NCBI GenBank assembly: GCA_030834275.1
Contig: JAURFP010000002.1
Location: 1,036-65,035 of the forward strand
Direction of reading: 5' to 3'
Origin: Burkholderiales bacterium
GTDB taxonomy: Bacteria > Pseudomonadota > Gammaproteobacteria > Burkholderiales > Eutrophovitaceae
DNA length: 64,000 nucleotides
The notes beneath the pieces were generated by a model that saw only the letters and a program-made list of their open reading frames with translations, made no database searches and was not told where the DNA came from. How positions within the stretch are numbered: the stretch's first letter is position 1; each line of letters starts with the position of its first letter. This document shows positions 28,503 through 36,627 of the stretch, piece by piece. Made by a program: the position numbers and the translations under genes.

Positions 28503-28981
28503 GATTTCTCCAATAACCGTAAATGATTTTCGATTTCGCCCGATGACATGATTGCCAGAGGCATTGAGCACAATACTTGTATTCGACGCGTTAATTCAGC
28601 CGCCACCAGACGGAACGCAGCTCGTTTTGTATTTTCGTCGCCTGATACTTGTGAGGGATCTTCGAACCCCCAATGCGCGCTCGTCGGATTACCTGGCCAG
28701 ATCGGGCAAACCTCGTTAGCTGCATTATCACAAACAGTAATGATGAAATCCATCTGGGGTGAATCGACTTTTGCAAACTCATCCCAACTTTTCGAATATA
28801 GATTATCTCGGCTAACTCCGAGTTCATCTGCAATTTCTAATGCAAAAGGATTTATCTTCCCACTCGGAGAGGAACCAGCCGAGAAGCCCCTGAACATACC
28901 CCTTGATTGACTCAAAGCTACGACTTCCCCTAGGATTGAACGAGCTGAATTATGAGTACATAAGAAAAGAATGTTATACAT
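28499..28981 (-). CDS. arsC: Arsenate reductase, LMW-phosphatase type (three-Cys, probably thioredoxin-coupled)
   Basis: P-loop LCTHNSARS (CX5R) plus a downstream Cys pair [11 protein letters not shown]. Confidence 0.85.
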   Translation of the reverse strand: MYNILFLCTHNSARSILGEVVALSQSRGMFRGFSAGSSPSGKINPFALEIADELGVSRDNLYSKSWDEFAKVDSPQMDFIITVCDNAANEVCPIWPGNPTSAHWGFEDPSQVSGDENTKRAAFRLVAAELTRRIQVLCSMPLAIMSSGEIENHLRLLEKS

Positions 28982-29101
28982 AACCCACTCTGAATTCTTT
29001 TAAAGATTGGACGCTGTTGATTAGTGATTTCAGTGCAATACTCAGACATCAAACTATACAAGTTATCATTAGTTAAAAAAAGCGAGAGCTTTTTTTCTTA
29101 C

Positions 29102-29130
29102 AAAAAAACCGCCAGCGTTGTTGCTGGCGG
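29102..29130 (-). terminator. Rho-independent terminator after the porin gene
   Basis: Stem CCGCCAGC (29109-29116) / GCTGGCGG (29123-29130), 6-nt loop. On the minus strand it is followed by T7 (A-run 29102-29108). Confidence 0.75.
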
Positions 29131-29161
29131 TTCAATCAACTAAAAAGGAAATATTACTTAA

Positions 29162-30529
29162 TTAGAAATCTAGCTGCGCTCGTAGAATCCAAGCCGACTC
29201 TGAAGTTCTGCTACTAACAGCGGCACCGTACTTAGTTCTAACGTTGTTTAGAATGAATCGCGTCTTGTCATTAGGGATCCACTTCAAACCAACGGTAGTC
29301 GAGGTGTTATGGGTGTTTGATGCGCTAGTCCCATTGGCATCAACGTCTGATACGGAACTCCTTACACCGATCTCCCAAGCTCCCATTCCACCTGCGCTAT
29401 TGAAAGTCTGGTTCGGCGTAATCGCCTTCATACCGCCAAGCGAATAATTGTCCGCATAATTCTCTCCAGTCAGTAACCAGTTAACCGCTATATAACGGGT
29501 GGTTACACCCCAGCTACCAGCTCCATCAGGGCTAACGGTGTATCGATTGTTCTCTGCTTGGAACTTGAAAGGACCCATCGCGACCATCGTGCCGACGTTC
29601 ACAAACCGTTCATCATGGTCGTATGACGTGTCTACCGTTGAGAAAATTTTGGTATCACTCTTCGCCTCGCCAGATGAATCTTTGTTATCACCCGCATCCG
29701 CATGCGCTTGAGCGACCGCGAGGTCAACGTGAGCAATCGTGCCTTTCTTCTTACCCGCATCACCAGTAAAGTTGTAAGCCAATCGACCAACTATACCCTT
29801 GCCGTTGTTGCCCTCATCCGCCTTGCCTTCGCCTTGGTAATAACCAACGGAGTAACCAAATTGATTTTTGATAGGATCTCCATGAATCTGGATACCGCGG
29901 TCTTTCGCGATTACGAAACTATTGACAACTGAACGTTCAGCAAAGTCGGTGAATCTTGAGCTCGTCATCTCCTCAAAGCTGTAGAAAAACTTTTGAGAGC
30001 CAATTCTGACTTTAGCATTTGGGTTACCTGCGTACTCGATGAAGGCATACTCTAACGCGCCATTATCATCGTCGGTAGTTGTTACGCCCGACTTAGAGTT
30101 TGACTCGTTTAGGTTTGAGGTCAACTCATAGTTCCAGTCACCATAAACCGTGCCTTTAATCCCGAAGTAAAGTCTTCGGATATCAAATTCATCAACTTGC
30201 GAGGTATCGAACTGACGGTAGTCCTGCTGAATACGTCCAGCGATCTGAAACTTGAACTGACCGTCTTTGCTTGCGCATTTATAACCGTCTTTATACTTAC
30301 AGGATATTTTATTTGGATCGCTGTCTTCGGCAGCCTTTTCAGCGGCCTCGCGTCGCTCGTCTTTTGCTTCTTTACTAAGCTCTGAGTAGTCATCATCATT
30401 AAGAACACCCTTCTCGTAGAGCTTATCGATAATGCTAGATGTGTCTGCAAAGGCAGATGCGCTAAATCCAGCAAAGATCGCTGAACAAGCAACACCAGCT
30501 ATCGCTAGTTTGTTCAATTTAATGGCCAT
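29162..30529 (-). CDS. Phosphate-selective porin O/P family outer-membrane protein
   Basis: Signal peptide ending SASAFA. Acidic coiled N-terminal segment, beta-rich body, C-terminal RAQLDF ending in Phe. Resembles OprO/OprP family organisation. Pho box upstream. Confidence 0.7.
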   Translation of the reverse strand: MAIKLNKLAIAGVACSAIFAGFSASAFADTSSIIDKLYEKGVLNDDDYSELSKEAKDERREAAEKAAEDSDPNKISCKYKDGYKCASKDGQFKFQIAGRIQQDYRQFDTSQVDEFDIRRLYFGIKGTVYGDWNYELTSNLNESNSKSGVTTTDDDNGALEYAFIEYAGNPNAKVRIGSQKFFYSFEEMTSSRFTDFAERSVVNSFVIAKDRGIQIHGDPIKNQFGYSVGYYQGEGKADEGNNGKGIVGRLAYNFTGDAGKKKGTIAHVDLAVAQAHADAGDNKDSSGEAKSDTKIFSTVDTSYDHDERFVNVGTMVAMGPFKFQAENNRYTVSPDGAGSWGVTTRYIAVNWLLTGENYADNYSLGGMKAITPNQTFNSAGGMGAWEIGVRSSVSDVDANGTSASNTHNTSTTVGLKWIPNDKTRFILNNVRTKYGAAVSSRTSESAWILRAQLDF

Positions 30530-30629
30530 TTACTTCTCCTTAAGAAAGATCTAACTAATTCTTTGCGGCGCTAACCTCAAACGCCATATGGGCTCGAAAA
30601 ACCAAAAGCGGCCCAATCAATAAGAGCGG

Positions 30630-30662
30630 ATCTTAGGGATGCTTTGTTACATTTTCGTTACG
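30630..30662 (-). promoter_or_regulatory. Pho box and -10 element upstream of the OprP-like porin
   Basis: The minus strand reads CGTAACG-AAAA-TGTAACA-AAGC (30662-30641), followed 9 nt after the box by TAAGAT (30635-30630). The layout is the same as, and the sequence nearly identical to, the phoB site. Confidence 0.55.
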
Positions 30663-30692
30663 GAGAAAAGATTGTTGCGAGACCGCAACAAT
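30663..30692 (-). terminator. Rho-independent terminator after ubiB
   Basis: Perfect 9-bp stem ATTGTTGCG / CGCAACAAT (30671-30692), 4-nt loop. The minus strand continues CTTTTCT. It lies 10 nt after the ubiB stop. Confidence 0.6.
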
Positions 30693-30701
30693 GAAAGAGA
30701 T

Positions 30702-32222
30702 CTAGATCGAGAGCCCTAGAATAAGCAAAAAAACGGCTAGCGCGAGCCCTGCAACCGCATACTTTAACTGCCTGTTTTCTTTATATATTTTTTCTATTAA
30801 ATGATCGTTATTTAGCCCAGATGCTTCAGAATTTTGGCTAAGAAACTCTTCGATCAGCCGCGGCAAACGGGGTAAGGTTGACGCCCAAAGCGGAGCTTCT
30901 TTTTTCAGGTTTTTTATAAATCCCCAAAGCCCGATTTGCTCTTTCATCCAACGCTCAAGGAAGGGTTTAGCGGTTTTCCAAAGATCAAGATTTGGATCTA
31001 ACTCCCGCCCGATACCTTCTATGTTAAGAAGCGTCTTTTGCAGCAAAACCAGCTGCGGTTGAATCTCTACATTAAATTGTCGAGCGGCATGGAAAAGGTT
31101 GAGGAGCAACTTTCCAAACGAAATTTCTTTCAACGGTTTATCGAAAATCGGCTCGCAAATGGAGCGGATCGTTGCTTCGAACTCGTCGACGCGAGTATCC
31201 GCAGGTACCCAACCCGCATCCACGTGTGCTTGTGCAACCCCATGATAATCTCGCCGGAAGAACGCTAGGAAATTCTGCGCAAGATAATTTTTATCGACTT
31301 CATTAAGCGTTCCCATGATTCCGAAGTCGAGCGCGATGTAACGCCCATCGAGATCCACGAGGATATTTCCAGGGTGCATGTCCGCGTGAAAGAATCCATC
31401 TCGAAATACTTGTGTAAAAAAGATTTCCACTCCAGCAGCAGACAACTTTTCGAGATCAATATTGTTTTCACGTAATTGATCCATCTTGCTAATCGGTATA
31501 CCGGCCATGCGCTCCATGACCATGACTTTGGTTCCACAAAAATCCCAGAACACCTCTGGCACCCGCAACAGCGGAGAATCTTCAAAGTTTCTCCTGAGCT
31601 GGCTCGCGCTGGCAGCCTCACGCATCAAATCCAATTCATAACGAAGATGCTTACGGAATTCATTCACCACTTCACGTGGTTTCAAACGTTTTCCATCGAC
31701 AAGCGTGCGCTCCGCAAAGGTTGCCGCAAGATCCAGTAACGCGATATCTTTTTCAATAGTCTTCGAGATATTTGGCCGAAGAATCTTCACAGCCACATCT
31801 CGACCGTCTGCAAGTGTCGCAAAATGTACCTGAGCAACAGAAGCGCTGGCAACGGGAGTCATGTCAAAAGACTGGAATATCTCCTTCGCCCTCTCGCCAT
31901 ATGTCTCTTCCAGGATACGGCTCACTTCATTTTCGGAAAATGGTTCTACTCGATCTTGAAGTAGCGCAAGCTCATCCGCGATATCCAACGGAATCATGTC
32001 TCGGCGAGTCGAGAGGACCTGGCCAAACTTAACAAAAATCGGCCCTAGTGTTTGTAAGGCAAGTCGTAAGCGTTCGCCGCGCGGTCGGTTTAGTTTTCTT
32101 GCGAAGAATAAAATACGAATCAGAAAGCGCACAAACCGTAAGGATCGCGTAGAACTCGCATACTCATCTAACCCAAACTGGATCGCTACACGCACAATGT
32201 GGAGAAAGCGAAAAATCAACAT
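30702..32222 (-). CDS. ubiB: Ubiquinone biosynthesis regulatory protein kinase UbiB
   Basis: 506 aa, ABC1/ADCK kinase-like motifs ([31 protein letters not shown]), C-terminal TM helix. Follows ubiE-ubiJ. Confidence 0.9.
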   Translation of the reverse strand: MLIFRFLHIVRVAIQFGLDEYASSTRSLRFVRFLIRILFFARKLNRPRGERLRLALQTLGPIFVKFGQVLSTRRDMIPLDIADELALLQDRVEPFSENEVSRILEETYGERAKEIFQSFDMTPVASASVAQVHFATLADGRDVAVKILRPNISKTIEKDIALLDLAATFAERTLVDGKRLKPREVVNEFRKHLRYELDLMREAASASQLRRNFEDSPLLRVPEVFWDFCGTKVMVMERMAGIPISKMDQLRENNIDLEKLSAAGVEIFFTQVFRDGFFHADMHPGNILVDLDGRYIALDFGIMGTLNEVDKNYLAQNFLAFFRRDYHGVAQAHVDAGWVPADTRVDEFEATIRSICEPIFDKPLKEISFGKLLLNLFHAARQFNVEIQPQLVLLQKTLLNIEGIGRELDPNLDLWKTAKPFLERWMKEQIGLWGFIKNLKKEAPLWASTLPRLPRLIEEFLSQNSEASGLNNDHLIEKIYKENRQLKYAVAGLALAVFLLILGLSI

Positions 32223-32227
32223 GGGCG

Positions 32228-32836
32228 TTATCTTAAGGCGCCCGTATCCGACTTCGGATTAAGCTTCTGAGTTATCAACGCAATGCGTTTCTCCAAACGA
32301 CTCACTGCATCATTTAGGTCATCGATATCCTGCGAGAATAATTCGATTCTTAATTTTGTTGCCAGTAGCTTACTCTCCTCAGTGAGGTACTCACCAATAC
32401 TCGATCGGATGGTTTCCTGAGAATCCTTTAGCCACTTCGCGATGCCTCGCAAAAGCTTCCCCATACGATGCGCAAGTACATCACCAAAAATTTTTGCCAG
32501 ATCCTCTTCGTAATCCCAACTAATTTTATTAAGCACTCGGGAGAGGTCAGAAGCAAAATGTGCATCACCTTCAATTTTGACTCCCTTAAACCCTAGCTCG
32601 CGATCCTTAAGCCAATTGATCACCACCTCAGGAGTAAGATGAATCTTCAAAGCGAATTTGTCGGCACCCACGGCGTGGGTAGGATAGCCATCTTCATCAA
32701 TGGTGATATAAATTGGTCCCAGCGGAGCTTCAATACAAATAGTCTCATCTGCGTGGCTAGCTAGTTGGGAACGAGCCTCTTCGTTATCAGCAAGGATATG
32801 TCGAATAAAATTCAGCGCGATCGTAATTGGGATCAT
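32228..32836 (-). CDS. ubiJ: Ubiquinone biosynthesis accessory factor UbiJ (SCP2 domain)
   Basis: 202 aa located between ubiE and ubiB, with an SCP2-like N-terminal half and a coiled C-terminus. 4-nt overlap with ubiE. Confidence 0.75.
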   Translation of the reverse strand: MIPITIALNFIRHILADNEEARSQLASHADETICIEAPLGPIYITIDEDGYPTHAVGADKFALKIHLTPEVVINWLKDRELGFKGVKIEGDAHFASDLSRVLNKISWDYEEDLAKIFGDVLAHRMGKLLRGIAKWLKDSQETIRSSIGEYLTEESKLLATKLRIELFSQDIDDLNDAVSRLEKRIALITQKLNPKSDTGALR

Positions 32837-33579
32837 TCGATCTTTGCTCCTCGATGCACCGCCACCACGCCACCGGCTAGGTTGAAATAATCTACATGTC
32901 GAAATCCGGCGTCTCGCATCATTTCCGCAAGCGCCTCTTGATTTGGATGCATCCGGATCGACTCAGCAAGGTAACGGTAACTCTCTTCATCTTTTGCAAT
33001 CAGTTTTCCCATCAACGGCAAAATTTTAAATGAGTAAAGATCATAAAGTGGCTTCAAAGGCTTCGCTATTTCTGAAAACTCGAGGATTAACAGTTTTCCA
33101 CCCGGACGTAACACACGTCGCATCTCAGCGATCGCAGCTTCTTTATGGGTCATGTTACGAAGGCCGAACGCTACGGTGACGCAATCAAAATAATTCGATG
33201 CAAACGGTAGTGCCTCGGCGTTACATTGACACGCAGGAGTCATGCGCCCACCGTCCAGTAAACGATCTCGGCCCACGGTTAACATATTTGCGTTGATATC
33301 GGTGAGCCAAACCTCGCCCGAATCACCGACCCGATCTAGAAGTAATTTCGCGATGTCCGCTGTTCCACCAGCAACATCCAGAACCTTAGATCCCTCACGT
33401 ACCCCACTTAATTGAATCGCATAGCGCTTCCAGAGGCGGTGCAAACCACCTGACATCACATCATTCATGAGGTCATAACGAGAGGCAACGGAACGAAAGA
33501 CTTCTCCAACGCGATCTTCTTTTTCGTTTTCAGGAATTTCCTGAAAACCGAAATGGGTTTTTTTTGTTTCCATACGCAA
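32833..33579 (-). CDS. ubiE: Demethylmenaquinone/ubiquinone C-methyltransferase
   Basis: [28 protein letters not shown] motif [18 protein letters not shown]. Confidence 0.95.
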   Translation of the reverse strand: MRMETKKTHFGFQEIPENEKEDRVGEVFRSVASRYDLMNDVMSGGLHRLWKRYAIQLSGVREGSKVLDVAGGTADIAKLLLDRVGDSGEVWLTDINANMLTVGRDRLLDGGRMTPACQCNAEALPFASNYFDCVTVAFGLRNMTHKEAAIAEMRRVLRPGGKLLILEFSEIAKPLKPLYDLYSFKILPLMGKLIAKDEESYRYLAESIRMHPNQEALAEMMRDAGFRHVDYFNLAGGVVAVHRGAKIE

Positions 33580-33975
33580 TTAAGTTTTCTTAAGCTCTCG
33601 CCAAGAGACTGGCTTTCCGCGAGACTCTCCGGCTTTCCTCAGACGGTCTAAGTACTCCGCCCAATTCTCCTCCTGGTTTTTTCCAAGCTCATACAAATAA
33701 TCCCAAGAATAAATACCGGTGTCGTGCCCATCGCTAAAACGTAATTTTACGGCGTAATTACCCATGGGTTCTATCTCATCAATCTCAACGTCTTGCTTCC
33801 CAACCTGCAACACCTCTTGACCCGGTCCATGGCCACGCACTTCAGCAGAAGGCGAATAGACCCGAAGATACTCTGTGGGGAGCCTAAATTGGTCGCCAGA
33901 ATCATAAGTGACTTCTAAAATCCGGCTTTTCTTGTGGTGCGTTATCTCTGTAGGGTTCGGTTTTGCAGTTTTCAC
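33580..33975 (-). CDS. DUF971 domain protein (gamma-butyrobetaine hydroxylase-like N-terminal domain)
   Basis: 131 aa. YLRVYSPSAEVRGHGPGQ and FSDGHDTGIYSWDYLYELG resemble DUF971. The stop abuts the ubiE start with no gap. Confidence 0.65.
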   Translation of the reverse strand: MKTAKPNPTEITHHKKSRILEVTYDSGDQFRLPTEYLRVYSPSAEVRGHGPGQEVLQVGKQDVEIDEIEPMGNYAVKLRFSDGHDTGIYSWDYLYELGKNQEENWAEYLDRLRKAGESRGKPVSWRELKKT

Positions 33976-34068
33976 ATCAAATCTCTTTTCATTTATCGCT
34001 AGAGCTCCAACAGATACTTCAGCGACCAGCTAGTTTCCAACAAGGCGCCTTAATTCAACAGACCGGCT

Positions 34069-34108
34069 CGTAACAAATATGTAACAAAGCCGTCATAATA
34101 TATGTAAA
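34069..34108 (+). promoter_or_regulatory. Pho box(es) and -10 element upstream of phoB
   Basis: CGTAACA-AATA-TGTAACA (34069-34086), then CGTCATA (34091-34097) and ATGTAAA (34102-34108). The GT dinucleotides fall at 34070, 34081, 34092 and 34103, an exact 11-bp phase. TAATAT (34096-34101) lies 9 nt after the first box. Confidence 0.6.
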
Positions 34109-34139
34109 GTCGTTTAACCAGACCAAATTGGAAATCAGT

Positions 34140-34826
34140 ATGTCAGGCACGATTTTAGTCGTTGAGGATGAGCCGGCGATTCAAGAGCTCATTGTAATGA
34201 CACTCAAGAGAGCAGGCCACGAGACACTCCGCGCAGGATCTGTTGAAGAGGCGAGCAAATTGATCGACCATGCGCTTCCCGATCTTGCGCTCATTGACTG
34301 GATGTTACCAGGTGCGAGTGGCGTAGAACTTACCCGCCGGCTGAGGGGAAACCCGAGGACCCAGTCCATGCCCATTATTATGCTCACGGCTCGCTCCGAT
34401 GAGGATGACAAGTTATTGGGTCTCGATAGCGGAGCAGATGACTACATTACAAAACCCTTTTCGCCCAAAGAATTAAACGCGCGGATTAAGGCGGTACTCC
34501 GAAGAAGAGCTCCAGAAATCACCGATGACATTGTTGAAACAAACGGCCTTATGGTGGATCCCGCCACCCATCGCGTCACCGGTGATGGAGTCACTATCGA
34601 AATGGGGCCAACCGAATTTCGATTGCTCCATTTTTTTATGACACATCGCGAACGCGTGCACTCCAGAACACAACTTTTAGATCAGGTCTGGGGTGATCAT
34701 GTTTTCGTAGAAGACCGCACCATCGACGTTCATATCCGTAGACTCCGACAAGCGCTCGAGGCAAGCGGCTACGATGCGTATATCCAAACCGTGAGAGGTG
34801 CGGGGTACCGTTTCTCCAAGCCTTAA
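34140..34826 (+). CDS. phoB: Phosphate regulon response regulator PhoB
   Basis: Receiver domain (ILVVEDEP, LIDWMLPG, MLTAR, KPF) plus OmpR/PhoB winged helix (RTIDVHIRRLR, TVRGAGYRF). The ATG at 34140 is preferred over the track TTG at 34128. Followed by phoR. Confidence 0.9.
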   Translation: MSGTILVVEDEPAIQELIVMTLKRAGHETLRAGSVEEASKLIDHALPDLALIDWMLPGASGVELTRRLRGNPRTQSMPIIMLTARSDEDDKLLGLDSGADDYITKPFSPKELNARIKAVLRRRAPEITDDIVETNGLMVDPATHRVTGDGVTIEMGPTEFRLLHFFMTHRERVHSRTQLLDQVWGDHVFVEDRTIDVHIRRLRQALEASGYDAYIQTVRGAGYRFSKP

Positions 34827-34886
34827 AAAGGGCATCGGCTTTTTGATACCATTCTGATTCATTCTGCCCCGATAGGATGGGTCAAC

Positions 34887-36206
34887 TTGGGACATTGGAA
34901 AAATGCGCTGTCTGAATTAATTACGCCGACGATCGTTGGCTTAATTGTGTGGGGCTTGTTTGGCAGAGTCGCCGCCCTGGTTATCTTTGGTCTCTACCTC
35001 AGTACGTTGTTAATTTTTCATAATGTGTACCTCTCGAAGTTTAGAGCCTGGCTCCTAAACCCCACAGTGGACAATGTCCCAACTGCGACCGGGGTATGGG
35101 ATTATCTTTTCACCCGGCTAGTACGATTACTAAAACAACAACGCACCTCGGAGATCGCTCTGACGAAAGCGCTGGATCGCTTTCAAAAAGGTGCGCAAGC
35201 GTTACCCGATGGGGTGATTTTTCTGGATCGATCGAATGCGATTACTTGGTGTAACCCCAAAGCTGAGGAATTCTTCGAAATCTCCCTCGAACGAGACCGT
35301 GGGGTACAACTTAGCTACCTCTTCCGACAACCGAAGTTCAGAGAGTATCTCGTGAGCAGAGATCACGATGAACCGTATATTCTTCGCTTATCGCGCAATA
35401 ACGTGAGCCGTGTTATCGCAATTCAAATTGTTCCCTACGGTAGCGCGCAAAAGCTTTTGCTTGCGAGGGACGTTACTACGGGTGAGAAACTTGAAACCAT
35501 GCGGCGCGATTTCGTCGCAAATGTTTCCCACGAATTACGAACTCCGCTAACTGTGATTCAAGGTTACCTTGAAACATTTGAAGACGAGGAAATGCGTGAC
35601 GCGGAAACGCTCAAGCGTGGGATCGAGTTGATGTCCGATCAATCCAGCCGGATGACACGGTTAGTTTCTGATCTTCTGACACTTTCGAAATTGGAAACGT
35701 CATCTGATTCTTTAAAAGAGGATTACATCGATATTCCTGCGTTACTAAAAAATCTTGAATCTGAGTCTAACGCGCTATCCGCTGGCAAACATCAACTCAT
35801 ATTTTCAGTCGATGCGAATCTCTGCCTCATCGGAAGAGAAGAGGAAATCCGCAGTGCATTTGCCAATTTAGTGAGCAATGCGATTCGTTACTCTCCGAAT
35901 GGCGGGAATATAAAAATCACTTGGGGAACAGTCGATAATCACCCAACCTTTAGTTGTAGAGACAGCGGCATTGGCATTGAGCGGCAGCACATCGAACGAT
36001 TGACGGAGCGTTTTTATCGTATTGATAAAAGCCGATCACGCGAAACGGGTGGAACCGGATTAGGACTGGCAATCGTCAAACATATCGCAAACCGGCACTC
36101 TGCTGATTTGGTAATTAAAAGTAGGCTTGGCGAAGGAAGTAGTTTTTCACTTCGATTTCCGCCAACACGCGAAACGCCAACAAGAAACCAGCCTGCTAAC
36201 AACTAA
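34887..36206 (+). CDS. phoR: Phosphate regulon sensor histidine kinase PhoR
   Basis: Two N-terminal TM helices, PAS-like region, H-box FVANVSHELRTPLT, N/G boxes (NAIRYSPNGG, DSGIGI, GGTGLGLAIVKH). TTG start. Confidence 0.9.
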   Translation: MGHWKNALSELITPTIVGLIVWGLFGRVAALVIFGLYLSTLLIFHNVYLSKFRAWLLNPTVDNVPTATGVWDYLFTRLVRLLKQQRTSEIALTKALDRFQKGAQALPDGVIFLDRSNAITWCNPKAEEFFEISLERDRGVQLSYLFRQPKFREYLVSRDHDEPYILRLSRNNVSRVIAIQIVPYGSAQKLLLARDVTTGEKLETMRRDFVANVSHELRTPLTVIQGYLETFEDEEMRDAETLKRGIELMSDQSSRMTRLVSDLLTLSKLETSSDSLKEDYIDIPALLKNLESESNALSAGKHQLIFSVDANLCLIGREEEIRSAFANLVSNAIRYSPNGGNIKITWGTVDNHPTFSCRDSGIGIERQHIERLTERFYRIDKSRSRETGGTGLGLAIVKHIANRHSADLVIKSRLGEGSSFSLRFPPTRETPTRNQPANN

Positions 36207-36615
36207 GTTGGGCGGATATATTTTTCTCGAGTAAACCCCAAAACTCAGCAGGAACCAATCGCTGCGAGTCTCTTAACTGCTCTCCCCAGATTGTATTTGG
36301 AAAATGAGGGTCATCTTCAAAGCGCGGAATAACATGCCAATGTAAATGCGACACCATGTTTCCAAAAGATGCCAAGTTGATCTTTCGCGGATTTAATGCA
36401 TCGAGCATCGTCCGTTCTACAATAAATACCGCATCCATCAAGTGGTAGCGCTCGTCACTCGAGAGGTGCGTCATCTCCGTTACATGGCGATTAAGTATGA
36501 CCCTACAAAATGCCGGATACTTTTCATCATGAACGCGAACGACGCGTAACAGATCATTCGAAGCGATAAGCTCGCCACCTACGTTAGAACACAGTTCACA
36601 ATTTTTATGTTCCAT
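36196..36615 (-). CDS. HIT family hydrolase
   Basis: Histidine triad SHLHWHVIPR. N-terminal Cys pair CELC. The 3' end overlaps the phoR 3' end by 11 nt. Confidence 0.8.
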   Translation of the reverse strand: MEHKNCELCSNVGGELIASNDLLRVVRVHDEKYPAFCRVILNRHVTEMTHLSSDERYHLMDAVFIVERTMLDALNPRKINLASFGNMVSHLHWHVIPRFEDDPHFPNTIWGEQLRDSQRLVPAEFWGLLEKNISAQLSC

Positions 36616-36627
36616 TTATGAGGACGC

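Noticed and set aside
28503-28571. N-terminal extension of the acr3 ORF as given in the track (start at 28571)
   Set aside because: The extension overlaps the 3' end of arsC by 73 nt and adds non-homologous residues. The internal ATG at 28502 gives the canonical ACR3 N-terminus and an ATGA coupling with arsC.
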